Shown in pieces: positions 17,175 through 27,523 of a stretch of 64,000 nucleotides of DNA. The notes below the pieces were generated by a model. The model made no database searches, had not been told where the DNA came from, and saw only the letters and a program-made list of their open reading frames with translations. The stretch is from a virus (taxonomy: Duplodnaviria > Caudoviricetes), in the IMG/VR virus record IMGVR_UViG_3300037512_000871, positions 1-64,000 of that record, one strand, 5' to 3'. The position numbers and the translations under genes were made by a program. Position 1 is the first letter of the stretch; each line of letters opens with the position of its first letter.

Positions 17175-17554
17175 GTAACAGACTGAAAGCTATTGAAGAT
17201 TTTATGTGCGATAAACTTGATGCACTCTTTAATGATTCTGTCAAACTTCAGAAAGAATTTGATGCTTCTAAAGAGTGCAGAGCTATTCGCATCGGTGCTG
17301 TCACTGACCCACCAGATGACCAGCATACCATGTTCAAAGGCAGAATCGACTATACCGCCTGTCGCACAAAACGAAGCGAAGCGATAGCGGATATGGACAA
17401 AATACAAAAAAATTTCAACATTTATAATACTTATGTTGCAGATGGACTTGTAATTTCAGTGGTTCTGGTATATATTACATCTCCAATGAGAACAACTGTG
17501 GATTCTCATTACGGATGGACTTATACAGCGACTTTTGAAGTTACTACTACATAA
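17171..17554 (+). CDS. putative tail terminator
   Basis: Position before tail tube, size. Confidence 0.5.
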   Translation: MSNRLKAIEDFMCDKLDALFNDSVKLQKEFDASKECRAIRIGAVTDPPDDQHTMFKGRIDYTACRTKRSEAIADMDKIQKNFNIYNTYVADGLVISVVLVYITSPMRTTVDSHYGWTYTATFEVTTT

Positions 17555-17567
17555 AGGAGATATCACA

Positions 17568-18065
17568 ATGAGCAGACAGACATTTACCCCGAACCCAAGC
17601 AAGATTAAGATGGGTCCCGCTATCGTTATCTATAATGGCAATCAGCTTGGCTATACCATGAATGATAGCGTTAGCATTAATCTCACTCAGGAAACAACCC
17701 CGATTCAGCCTGACCAAGCCTCTGTTCCGATTGCTGACCGTGTTACTGGCATGGAATGTACTGTTGACCTGGAACTTGGTGATGCCAGTAAGGACATTAT
17801 CAAGCTGATTCCGGGCGGTGATTCTACCGGTATTCAGGACCCGACTGGTATTGACATGCTGAAGACTGGCAAAATTCTTGAGATTTATCCTCTTGACACA
17901 AATGACACTCGCGCCTTTGTGTTCCGCAAGTCTACTCCTGTCCTGAATGGTGCGATTAATTTTGCGCGTGAAACTCCTTCTGCGCTTCCGCTTCAGTTCA
18001 AGTGCTATCTTGAATCTGCTGGTGCGTACATTATGGAGTTTGAGGAATACTCTGGTTCCTACTAA
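17568..18065 (+). CDS. major tail tube protein (C-terminus YSGSY)
   Basis: IKMGP...LGYT...DQ motif; AAGGAGA RBS. Confidence 0.75.
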   Translation: MSRQTFTPNPSKIKMGPAIVIYNGNQLGYTMNDSVSINLTQETTPIQPDQASVPIADRVTGMECTVDLELGDASKDIIKLIPGGDSTGIQDPTGIDMLKTGKILEIYPLDTNDTRAFVFRKSTPVLNGAINFARETPSALPLQFKCYLESAGAYIMEFEEYSGSY

Positions 18066-18095
18066 TCTCTAACCAAATAAAGAGGTACATTATAC

Positions 18096-18641
18096 ATGAG
18101 TGAAGAAGCTGTCGGTATTGACTTTGAGGCTCTTAACACCTTCCGTGAAAATGTGGAGGCTAAACTGCCAAACGGTAAGCTCGTGAAACTGCCGCTTATC
18201 ACCCTGCGTGATGCGGCTACTGCGAACATTTACCTGCGTAAGTTTGACCTCCTCCGTACTAAGTATTCGCTCGAAGCAACCAAACTCATGGAGCTCGGTG
18301 AGGGGGCGAAGGAACAGGGTGAGGTGGAAGACAATGAAGCCAACATCAAACTGCTTTCCAAGGCTACTGACGCGGCTATGGAGGCTATCAATCGTTCTAA
18401 GGAGCTGATTGATACCACCAATGCCCTGATTGACGAGGTTCTTGTTTTCATGGAGCCTTACGTCAGCGATATTCAGGTTGATGAAAATACAGGATTCATT
18501 GACTTCCTTCGTCAGTCCGAACCAACCTTCACGATTCGCGTCTTGCAGTGTATGATGTACGGTAAAGCCGCTATTGCTGACGAGGCAGAGGATTCCGAGG
18601 CTAAAGAGGAAGACGCAGATGAAAAAAAAATGACGGAGTAG
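18096..18641 (+). CDS. tail assembly chaperone (G)
   Basis: Between tail tube and tape measure; ends at an A9 slippery site. Confidence 0.75.
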   Translation: MSEEAVGIDFEALNTFRENVEAKLPNGKLVKLPLITLRDAATANIYLRKFDLLRTKYSLEATKLMELGEGAKEQGEVEDNEANIKLLSKATDAAMEAINRSKELIDTTNALIDEVLVFMEPYVSDIQVDENTGFIDFLRQSEPTFTIRVLQCMMYGKAAIADEAEDSEAKEEDADEKKMTE

Positions 18642-18964
18642 TACCCGAGTACCTTGACGTTAAGTACATGTGCATCGTCATAATGAGGGTCTTTTCCGCC
18701 TACACAATGAATCTGCTACTGGAACTGCCTTTCTGTCATGTATTGGCTTTATACCACATGGCAGAAAAGGCAGTATCTTTATTTAGGTTTGACATTTTAA
18801 TTGGCAACGCTTCTCTACATGATGAACAGATGGCAAAAGGGTTACAGAGAGTTGCCAAGACTGCTACAATAGCTGACCGCCAGAAGATGAAGGAATTGAC
18901 ATCTAAACGGAATAGAGAGGCAATCATAAAGAGAGCCAGAGAGATGAGGTTAGTACATGCCTAA
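18623..18964 (+). CDS. tail assembly chaperone -1 frameshift extension (GT)
   Basis: The -1 frame opens right after TGA at 18620, within the A9 run, and stays open to 18964. Confidence 0.7.
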   Translation, partial: KKNDGVVPEYLDVKYMCIVIMRVFSAYTMNLLLELPFCHVLALYHMAEKAVSLFRFDILIGNASLHDEQMAKGLQRVAKTATIADRQKMKELTSKRNREAIIKRAREMRLVHA

Positions 18965-21900
18965 TATTCTTGACCTGTCTGCGCGTTTAAGTGCTGACGT
19001 TAGACCTTTTGTAAATTCTATGGCGTCTGGGGCTAATGCGTCCCAGACTACATTTCAAAATATAGCGCAAGCCGCAACAATGTACTTAGGAGCGCGTGGT
19101 CTCTTAGGTACGCTTAATCGTGCAAACCAAGCCTCAATGGAATTTGGTCAGAGCTTGGCTGATGCATCCGCAATCTCCACCCTTAGTGTGAAAGAGATTG
19201 GGGATGCTCTTATGTCTCTGGACAATGTCTTCGGTCGTGTCTCCAAGGCGTCTCAGTCCATGTACCGCATCCTTTCGTCCGGCTTTAGTCAACTGGATGC
19301 AAGTCAGTTGGTGCAGTTCCAGAAAGCAGTTGGTATTTCCGCTAAGGTTATTCGTGCTGACCTGTATAACACAGCAGACGTTATGACCACTATCGCCAAT
19401 GCTTACCAACTGAATATCAAGGAAATCGAAAAATTACAGGACTGGTTCTACATTACAGTCCGTGAAGGTAAAGCTCAGGGTCAGGATTTGGCTCGTACCC
19501 TCGGTCTTGTCATTAACAGTGCGTCCGAGGCTGGTGTGTCCCTGAATGAGTTAGGCGCGGCTATTGCTGTGCTCTCTCGTACTCAGTCTGTTTCGCAGTC
19601 CATGATTGGCTTGAACCAGATGCTCAACGCCTTCATCAAACCGACCCTTCAAGCCCAAGCCGCCGCACGTAAATGGGGTATCGAAATTAGTGCTACGGCG
19701 TTACAGGAAAAAGGTCTTACCAATATCCTGACAGAGCTGAATCAGAAGGTTGGCGGTAATGTTGAAGCACTTGAAAAGATGTTCGGTAACATTCGTGCCG
19801 GACGCGCTATCCTTTCTCTTACTGGTAAGCAGTTCCATAACTACCTGAACGTGGTTGACATGTATAACCACGAGGCTGGTGCTGGCATGGAGGCGTTTGA
19901 GAAGCAGATTGATACTGTTCAGAATGCTTATGAGAGATTACAGGCACAGCAAGAGAAAACACTTATCACTGTTGGTGATGATTGGGGTAACATCAGGAAA
20001 GCGATTTATAATACTGGTGAAGTGCTTTTGAAGGCATTTTCTGATACAAGCCCCATTGCAAGATGGGGTGTGTACCTTACTGGTATCAATCTGGCTACAA
20101 AAAATATTATAGCAGTCATAAATAATTTGAGGGATTCGGTCAACAGCGTAACGCGCTCTGTTGATAGAATGACTGCTTCGTTTACAAGAGCCTCTGCCGC
20201 ATCCTCTGGTCTCGGTAGTGGTGCGATTCGTGCTGACATAGCAAAACTCCGTAAAAAAGCGGCACATGCGAATCTTGCTTTGACTGGTGACTTCAAGCCG
20301 CTTCTGGAAAGAAATGACCAGATTCTTCGTGGTGCAACTCCGTGGTTTAATCTGAAAAATCAGCATGGTATCGCACAGAAAAATAACCCATATTCTGTTA
20401 TAGCGCAGAATACCCTAAGCCCATATGTCCGTGAGCATCAGGTTATAGCACATAATATTGCCAGAAACTTTATGAAGCAGTATTTTGTGAAGTACGAGGA
20501 CATTACTGACCCGGTTACTGGCAGGGTGGTTGATTGGAAAGTCAAAAACGCTGAAACAGGCTTCAAGTATAAAGCAACGCATAATCAACTTGAAAAACAG
20601 CTTACAAAGAGTGTGTTCATACAGAATGAAAAGAGTATGAATGTACTTAGGCAGTATATAAATTCTGCACGTCAGACAAAGATTTCTGCTGAAAGTGCTG
20701 AGAAGAGGCTGATAAATGAATCCAATATGCGTGTCGGCAATTTTTATGCACAGCCACACGGTTTCAGAAGAGGTACAAGCAACCGTCTTTACAAGAATCA
20801 GAGTTCTCTTGACCGTCTTGCTGATATGAAGCAAGCTCGTTTTGCCAAGAGCCATCGTATAATGAACTGGATGGGTATGAATCCTTATGATAGGGGTTCT
20901 GGTATTGGGCGTTGGTGGATGCAACACTCTATGGGTCGTTCTTTCCAGTATCGTGGTAAAACGCTTGTGCAAGAACCGCATTGGTTCTTCAAGGCTGGTA
21001 ACAAGATTGGTTCTGGAATAGGTAAAGAGCTTGGCAAATTTACAGGCTCCATAGGTAAAACTATGGGTGTTGCCTTTAATGCTGTTGCTACTGTTGGTCT
21101 GATGAAGTTTGCTTGGGATTTTGGGAAGAAAATCGGTGAAAGCATAGGTGAATCCCTGAATCTGAAAGACACAGAATTTTTCCAGTGGTTAGGTCGCGCC
21201 GTCACAACAGGCGATTGGATGGGTCTTGGACCATCCACAGCACAGGTCGAAACACGGAATATTCGCTCTAACGCACAAGCAAGAAACAATACGTTTAACA
21301 AGTTGATTGATGATATGCGTAAAGCTAAAATCTCGCCTGATAAGATTTTGACGTATCAGGAACAGATGGCAGAACAGTACATCAAAGCTATGGGTAAAGA
21401 CCTCAAATCCGCACAAGAAGCAACTGAGGCTATGAATGCCATTATTGACAATATCGTTCAGGACCTCAAGGATTACAGAGAAACAGTCAATGCGCATACT
21501 CAGCTTGAAGAGGCGTATCGTGCGCTTCGTCCTGTTGACCGTGAAAAAGAACTTAATACCGCAGAGAAGTCGTACATCAGGAGTTATATGTCCAGAGAGG
21601 GTATGGCTATGAACGGTGTTACACGCGGTCTGTTTGAAGAATTTATGAAGAACCCCCAAGGTTTCACAAAAGCATTTAGTAAGTTCAACGCTTTTGAGTA
21701 TAATGAAGCTGGTCTGAAGCAGTATTTTGATGAACTCGGTATTGACGCAAGTAATATCGCCTTGAACAATAGGCTTTTGCTTAACGAGGGAATCAAGGAA
21801 GTTCTTTCGGTGTCCAATCTTATGCGACAAGACAAGGCAGTACAACAGGCGAATCAGCAGGTCCAGCGGAATAAGGTAATTAACGCAAGCGGTCGAGCCG

Positions 21901-23342
21901 CCTCCAATGCCCTGTCTGCATTTAATAAAGCCCTTGATAGACGCAGTAAGGATGTTGAGTATAATGATGTTCAGTCTGAGTATTTTGACAATCTTGCTGA
22001 ACTTGATAATAGGACAGGGCTTGGCTCTGCGCGTCTGAATAAGGCGATTGAACAGGAAAATGAGGCACGAAACACCCTTGAATTTCTCACTGCAAGACGT
22101 ACACAAGCTGAGAGTGAGATGTATAAGGACATTGAACGTCAGCGTAAGGAAAAGGGTTCGCTTTCACAGGCTGAACTTACACTGATTCAGAACAGGTGGC
22201 GTGATGAGGCGTTCATTTCTATGGACAAGCAGATTATTGAGGCACAGAAATCGGTAATCAAGGCATCTACTACCACACAGAATGAGCGTGACAGGCAGAA
22301 GAAGAATCGGGTGAAAGAAATATCCGATGTACTTGAACATCAGCTTGAAACAAGTGCTGTCGGTTCGCTTTCTATGCTGTATGAACGCGCACAAAGCCAG
22401 CTAAAGAAGAATCTTGGTGATTATAAGCTGAAGACTACACCGGAAGAGGCTCGTGATGCTGAAAAGGCGTTGCAGAATATCTACATAAAAGGCATGAAGA
22501 GTCGTTTTGAGAACCTTGGTCAGAGCATGAGTGGTATTTCTGTTGAACAAGCCAGCGGTGCAATCAGCAGAAAAACAGCTATCGCCCAGCAGAAAGAAAT
22601 CATTGGCGCACAGTGGAGGCTTTATGCTGAGGCTCTTCGTGGCTTAGACCCAACACGTGATATGGAGGCTATACGCGAGTTCAGACAGGCGGCTGACAGC
22701 GCGGCTGAAAGTTGGAATAGACTGGCTGTAAGCGAGATGGCTCTGTCTATCGAGAACATTACAAAAGGTCTTGATACTGTTGAACTTGCAAGAGCGCAAC
22801 ACAGAATGACTGATAGAACAGCAAACAAGAGGCAGATGGCGATTTACCGTAATATGCGTAAGGAAATCGTCAAACAGATGCGTAATTATGCTGAAGGTTC
22901 TGAGCAGTATGAGACACACCGTAGACAGCTACATGATGTTGACATGAATATAGCTCGTCTGAAGGATGCGATACAGAATGACGTAAATGAGGCGCGTCAG
23001 GGTTTGCTTTCTGCATTTAGTGACGTAATCAGCAGTAATCTGCAAGGAGACAGACTTTCCAACTATGGTCTGTATCACGCGACAAACCTGCTTGCTCGTC
23101 TTGCTCCGGCTCTCAACATTCAACAGAAGGGTGTGAGCCTTTCTGCTGTGCTTGCGAACGCCAATGCTCGTTATAGTGGTTCTACACCAGATACTTCAAG
23201 AGCCATGAGACAGCAACAGAGGCTTTCGACAATCATGGATTCCTATATCGCATCGAAGCAGTATCAAGATGCAGGTATTGGCAAGAACGTCCAGACTATC
23301 GTAACAATCATGGGTAAACGTACACCCTTATTCTTAAATTGA
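18957..23342 (+). CDS. tape measure protein (TP901-like core)
   Basis: 1461 aa, helical, AGVSL.E..AAIA and LE.MFG motifs. Confidence 0.92.
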   Translation: MPNILDLSARLSADVRPFVNSMASGANASQTTFQNIAQAATMYLGARGLLGTLNRANQASMEFGQSLADASAISTLSVKEIGDALMSLDNVFGRVSKASQSMYRILSSGFSQLDASQLVQFQKAVGISAKVIRADLYNTADVMTTIANAYQLNIKEIEKLQDWFYITVREGKAQGQDLARTLGLVINSASEAGVSLNELGAAIAVLSRTQSVSQSMIGLNQMLNAFIKPTLQAQAAARKWGIEISATALQEKGLTNILTELNQKVGGNVEALEKMFGNIRAGRAILSLTGKQFHNYLNVVDMYNHEAGAGMEAFEKQIDTVQNAYERLQAQQEKTLITVGDDWGNIRKAIYNTGEVLLKAFSDTSPIARWGVYLTGINLATKNIIAVINNLRDSVNSVTRSVDRMTASFTRASAASSGLGSGAIRADIAKLRKKAAHANLALTGDFKPLLERNDQILRGATPWFNLKNQHGIAQKNNPYSVIAQNTLSPYVREHQVIAHNIARNFMKQYFVKYEDITDPVTGRVVDWKVKNAETGFKYKATHNQLEKQLTKSVFIQNEKSMNVLRQYINSARQTKISAESAEKRLINESNMRVGNFYAQPHGFRRGTSNRLYKNQSSLDRLADMKQARFAKSHRIMNWMGMNPYDRGSGIGRWWMQHSMGRSFQYRGKTLVQEPHWFFKAGNKIGSGIGKELGKFTGSIGKTMGVAFNAVATVGLMKFAWDFGKKIGESIGESLNLKDTEFFQWLGRAVTTGDWMGLGPSTAQVETRNIRSNAQARNNTFNKLIDDMRKAKISPDKILTYQEQMAEQYIKAMGKDLKSAQEATEAMNAIIDNIVQDLKDYRETVNAHTQLEEAYRALRPVDREKELNTAEKSYIRSYMSREGMAMNGVTRGLFEEFMKNPQGFTKAFSKFNAFEYNEAGLKQYFDELGIDASNIALNNRLLLNEGIKEVLSVSNLMRQDKAVQQANQQVQRNKVINASGRAASNALSAFNKALDRRSKDVEYNDVQSEYFDNLAELDNRTGLGSARLNKAIEQENEARNTLEFLTARRTQAESEMYKDIERQRKEKGSLSQAELTLIQNRWRDEAFISMDKQIIEAQKSVIKASTTTQNERDRQKKNRVKEISDVLEHQLETSAVGSLSMLYERAQSQLKKNLGDYKLKTTPEEARDAEKALQNIYIKGMKSRFENLGQSMSGISVEQASGAISRKTAIAQQKEIIGAQWRLYAEALRGLDPTRDMEAIREFRQAADSAAESWNRLAVSEMALSIENITKGLDTVELARAQHRMTDRTANKRQMAIYRNMRKEIVKQMRNYAEGSEQYETHRRQLHDVDMNIARLKDAIQNDVNEARQGLLSAFSDVISSNLQGDRLSNYGLYHATNLLARLAPALNIQQKGVSLSAVLANANARYSGSTPDTSRAMRQQQRLSTIMDSYIASKQYQDAGIGKNVQTIVTIMGKRTPLFLN

Positions 23343-23350
23343 GGTGGATA

Positions 23351-25432
23351 ATGGCAGATACAACATACACAACTAAGTGCTATCTAAAGGGTAGTGTTCA
23401 GACCTCGATTGACAATTCGGGGAACATTACCAAAATCTTTACTTGGATGGTGCTTAATGCAAACGAAACCAATACCTTACTGGAATGGTTGGCGTTTCAG
23501 GATTACGTAGAGACTGAATGGGCAGGTAAATCCGGCGATAACTGGAAGAAACCTATTCAGCAGGCTGGAAGCAAGGAATGTACTGCTTTTGACAGTACGG
23601 ACGATAGCTTCATTGTTGCAGACCTGACCATTGAAACACCTCCGGGCAGAACGCATGTTGAGGTTACTTATACCTGCACTGGAAACCCGAATAAAATCAA
23701 GCACTTTACGGATGGTGGTCTTTCCATCAACTCTTCGGATGAGCGTACCAAGTCTTTCAGCTTCAAGTATGTTGTCCCAGAAAAGCAGGTTACGCTTGGT
23801 GATGATACTTGGACTGCACCTGATTTAGAGACAGTCGAGACCACTATTGACGGTCTTTTCAAGATAAACGATAATGTCACTTGGGCGGATTCTGAAGGTC
23901 ATACTTACGTTGTTGATAACGTTTCTGTAAGTCAAGAATCTCCAAGTGTTTACAACGTCACCGTGTCCCTTAAAGACATGGCTAAGATGCGTGTCGGTCT
24001 GATTTCCGTGAATGAAGACAGTTACGGACAGAAGACAATTTCGATTACTTGGCGGCTCTCTAAGGAAGAGTATGACGAAACCGACCTGCCTAATTCCGGT
24101 GATGCTGTCGGTACTTGGGTTGGTGAGGGCTATGACGGTGTTGGTTATGACAATTACGTTGTGACTGGTGTTGAGCATAGTCCTGACGGTAACCTCGGCT
24201 ATCTTGTCACAATCAATGCAAAAGACACCACCTTCACCAGACTCCATACTCAGCGTGATTACAAGTGGAACGGTACAGGTCTTGAGAAATCCGCAAATGT
24301 TGTCTATCAGCTCCACAGCAAAGAGGACGCAGAACAGTTCCTCAATAATCTTGGTCGTGAGACGCTGGATGTTGATGGTGAATCGTTTACGGTGAGAGAC
24401 GCCAATATCACCCAAAGTGGTAAAGACGATTATGAGCTGTCCCTTTCGCTCTCTGATGATTTGACACCGCTTATCGTCAACATCGGCAGCAATACCCCTG
24501 ATGATTTGGACAAGGATATTCAGGTTTCCATGACTTACGGTACTTTCAGACTTACTCCTCATCAGTGCGGTCTGTTCCGCAGTCTGTCCAATCTTGCTTA
24601 CTATCCAATCAATAATCCGCCTAACACCAAATTCAACACACGGATTTTGGTTTCCGACCTGCAAGAAATGGATAGCAGATGGACAAATGCCATGCTAACA
24701 AACATTATAACAAGCCCTAATCCTCGTATCGGTTTTTCTGACATTGTGGCTTGTTACGATGGCAGTGATAATAAGGTGAAGAAAGAGTTGTGGAGTACAT
24801 ATCCTGTGGGTGAAGCAAGCGGTGTTGGCTCCAAGTTCATCAACAGCTTCAAACTTTCTCAATACGTTTATCCACAGCCCACATTTACGGAATCTTCTTA
24901 TGGTGAGACACCCAAATACAGTGAGTTTTTTGTTCCGTGGGTTGCGAAGAATGACCTGTTGATTATCCCCGGTGGCAGTACATACAACGGCAGAACACTT
25001 AATACCGACCTGAGTAATTATCCGAAGTATGATAACGGTCTTGATATGGCTCTTCCGCAGAGATGGCTCAACAGGAAGATACCTTACATGGATTGCACAG
25101 TCACAATGAACTACCGTGGCAACCTTCAGTCCAACATCAAGAAGAATTGGGATGATTACTTCCTGAAAGCAATCAAACAAATCTGCAAAGAAGCCGAGTT
25201 GATTGGCAAAGATTCAAGCTCCAACTTCAATAAGTATTTTATGATGCCTTACGAAAAAGCCGCAAGGAATCATAGCCAATACCCACTTACCAGCTTCAAA
25301 CGTACTGGTATGTCTGTTCAGCGTATAATTGACACCAAGGGTCACGAATGGACACAAATCACAATGAACATTCAAGCTCTTTGTGGTGATTACTGGAACT
25401 ACAACTATAAAGATAAGGTTGACTTTGAATGA
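23351..25432 (+). CDS. tail tip/baseplate hub protein
   Basis: Follows the tape measure; beta-rich. Confidence 0.55.
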   Translation: MADTTYTTKCYLKGSVQTSIDNSGNITKIFTWMVLNANETNTLLEWLAFQDYVETEWAGKSGDNWKKPIQQAGSKECTAFDSTDDSFIVADLTIETPPGRTHVEVTYTCTGNPNKIKHFTDGGLSINSSDERTKSFSFKYVVPEKQVTLGDDTWTAPDLETVETTIDGLFKINDNVTWADSEGHTYVVDNVSVSQESPSVYNVTVSLKDMAKMRVGLISVNEDSYGQKTISITWRLSKEEYDETDLPNSGDAVGTWVGEGYDGVGYDNYVVTGVEHSPDGNLGYLVTINAKDTTFTRLHTQRDYKWNGTGLEKSANVVYQLHSKEDAEQFLNNLGRETLDVDGESFTVRDANITQSGKDDYELSLSLSDDLTPLIVNIGSNTPDDLDKDIQVSMTYGTFRLTPHQCGLFRSLSNLAYYPINNPPNTKFNTRILVSDLQEMDSRWTNAMLTNIITSPNPRIGFSDIVACYDGSDNKVKKELWSTYPVGEASGVGSKFINSFKLSQYVYPQPTFTESSYGETPKYSEFFVPWVAKNDLLIIPGGSTYNGRTLNTDLSNYPKYDNGLDMALPQRWLNRKIPYMDCTVTMNYRGNLQSNIKKNWDDYFLKAIKQICKEAELIGKDSSSNFNKYFMMPYEKAARNHSQYPLTSFKRTGMSVQRIIDTKGHEWTQITMNIQALCGDYWNYNYKDKVDFE

Positions 25433-26445
25433 GCGCACTTAGAGACAAGTACCAATCTGTAAGTCAGTTCTTCAAGGACGTTAAGCGCGTCATTGAGGAT
25501 ATAGTTACACGCCTGTCTGATGTTGAAACCACAATGGACAACTTCGGCGGTGGTGGTATTCCTCAAGAAGAAGACCCACCGAACTATGAAGCAGGTGAGG
25601 GTATTGCGATTGAAAATGACGAAATCAGCCTGAATTACGATGGTCCATTCGCTGTTCACGTACATCACTATAATGAAGAAACACCGACTACAATGTACGT
25701 ACAGGCAAATTCAGGGCGTATTATGATTGACCAGACTTCGGTGTTCTCTACTGCTCCGGCTGAAGGTGTCTATACTGCATTAGGCTCTGGTCAGGTTATG
25801 TGGTTAAAAGTCAACTTTACCACAATGACAAGCATTACAACCGAATATTTGGCGGCTGCTGAGGATTTTTATACTGACACCCAGAATGTCATTTATATCC
25901 GGCTTGCCAAAAACGTTGATGGTACGCTCCGTCAATATCAGTTCGGTGACATAAAATACAGACGGCAGGGCGTTTCCAAATTAACAAGCACCAATACAAG
26001 TACAGCCGCTATTTCAACACAGGCTGGCTATAATGAAGGTACTGGTCCGCTGAATCTTACTGTGTATAGCGGCAGTACACCCACACCTCCCACACCTCCT
26101 GTTAGCAGTGGTGGCATGATGTTCCCGAATTATGTAAACCTTGCTGATACTTCTCCTTATGGTACTGTGTTTGCAGAGGGTAGTAGTTATAGAATTGATA
26201 GTGCTGGCTGGTTACGCTTCACGTGTATGGGTACATCTATTACTGACGCTTGTGTGTTCTTACATATCAACGGCAACGCAATAGGTATGTATAAAGGTGG
26301 GGGTGGCGGTTTTACGACATTCCTACCAATCCAAGATAACTCTACTGTATACTATACAGCGGGTGGCAGTGCTATACCGTGTCTTGTAAAGTTTGATGGT
26401 TATGCAGTACCAATAAACGGCGGTGGTACATCTGGTACGATATAA
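25429..26445 (+). CDS. minor tail protein
   Basis: Position; AGEGI.I motif; TPTPPTPP hinge. Confidence 0.55.
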   Translation: MSALRDKYQSVSQFFKDVKRVIEDIVTRLSDVETTMDNFGGGGIPQEEDPPNYEAGEGIAIENDEISLNYDGPFAVHVHHYNEETPTTMYVQANSGRIMIDQTSVFSTAPAEGVYTALGSGQVMWLKVNFTTMTSITTEYLAAAEDFYTDTQNVIYIRLAKNVDGTLRQYQFGDIKYRRQGVSKLTSTNTSTAAISTQAGYNEGTGPLNLTVYSGSTPTPPTPPVSSGGMMFPNYVNLADTSPYGTVFAEGSSYRIDSAGWLRFTCMGTSITDACVFLHINGNAIGMYKGGGGGFTTFLPIQDNSTVYYTAGGSAIPCLVKFDGYAVPINGGGTSGTI

Positions 26446-26468
26446 ATTTCTTGAAATAAAAATGTAAA

Positions 26469-26512
26469 TATGTTGCAGATAAGTTTGACTTTTATAAATC
26501 TCAAAGTATATT
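26469..26512 (+). promoter_or_regulatory. promoter with TATGTTGC box
   Basis: TATGTTGC-N8-TTGACT-N16-TATATT. Confidence 0.75.
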
Positions 26513-26533
26513 AGAAAGCAACAGGAGGACGAA

Positions 26534-27493
26534 ATGCAAAAAACATTAGTCAATATTGATATAAACACACGAAGTCAGATTACACAGACAGGGCAGTTTG
26601 TGAATCGACAGGCTGATTACGTGCGTATCGAACGTGCATCTTGGTCTGTCCTGTGCTTCCAATTTTATGACAGACAGGTAACGGATGAGGGTGCTATTGT
26701 TCTTGTTCCCTATCCAATCACCAATCTGTCTTTAGAGCTTTTGGTTGATAATGACTTCACGACCGAAACGCCTGTGATGATTAAGTCGGTTGCCTCGGCT
26801 ACTGTTTTCGACCCAACTGAACCCTCTGAATCTAATATGGTGAATATTGCAGGGGATTGGATTGACGGTACTGATGCAGATCCACTTTTAGGTCAGGTTT
26901 CTATTCGCATTTACTCTGGAACCGAAAGGCTTGAATCATTGTTCCAGCCAGCGACAGGAACGCCGCCAACAGAGCTGAAAAACTGTTATCTTAGTCTGCG
27001 TCAGAAAGACCTTGAAGTTGCTACGACTACTCCACTTGTATGGATTCCTGTTATTCCGTACAATACAATCCTTGAAACACTCCCAACCTCATACGTGATT
27101 CCTCCTACTGAGGTTCTTTCACAAGCATTAGCGGCTTACTTTACACAACCCTTTACACTCACTTATGCTCAAACGGCTGATGCGACAAGTTGGCATAGTA
27201 CACCGCAACCTGAAGATAATTACATGGTATTTAATCTTGGTCAGGTTGGTGCTATTCCTTCTGCACATTCTGGCCCCCTGCCGATTCCAAAACGCAGTAT
27301 TATCAGGTATTGCACAAACGATGACCCACAAAGTATGTCTGAGGTACTATCCGAACCGAACGCAAACACATACTTTGTTGCAATTATAAGCACAGTCAAA
27401 GCCGAAGCTGACCTTACACTTACAGATTTTGAAAACAAGTGGTATCAGGCACGAGCTTATGCGACTGAACCTATCTGGCAAACTGGAACTTAA
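26534..27493 (+). CDS. baseplate/fibre-attachment protein (putative)
   Basis: Position; AGGAGG RBS. Confidence 0.5.
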   Translation: MQKTLVNIDINTRSQITQTGQFVNRQADYVRIERASWSVLCFQFYDRQVTDEGAIVLVPYPITNLSLELLVDNDFTTETPVMIKSVASATVFDPTEPSESNMVNIAGDWIDGTDADPLLGQVSIRIYSGTERLESLFQPATGTPPTELKNCYLSLRQKDLEVATTTPLVWIPVIPYNTILETLPTSYVIPPTEVLSQALAAYFTQPFTLTYAQTADATSWHSTPQPEDNYMVFNLGQVGAIPSAHSGPLPIPKRSIIRYCTNDDPQSMSEVLSEPNANTYFVAIISTVKAEADLTLTDFENKWYQARAYATEPIWQTGT

Positions 27494-27523
27494 TAACATA
27501 TACTAAAATAAGGAGCTTTAACT

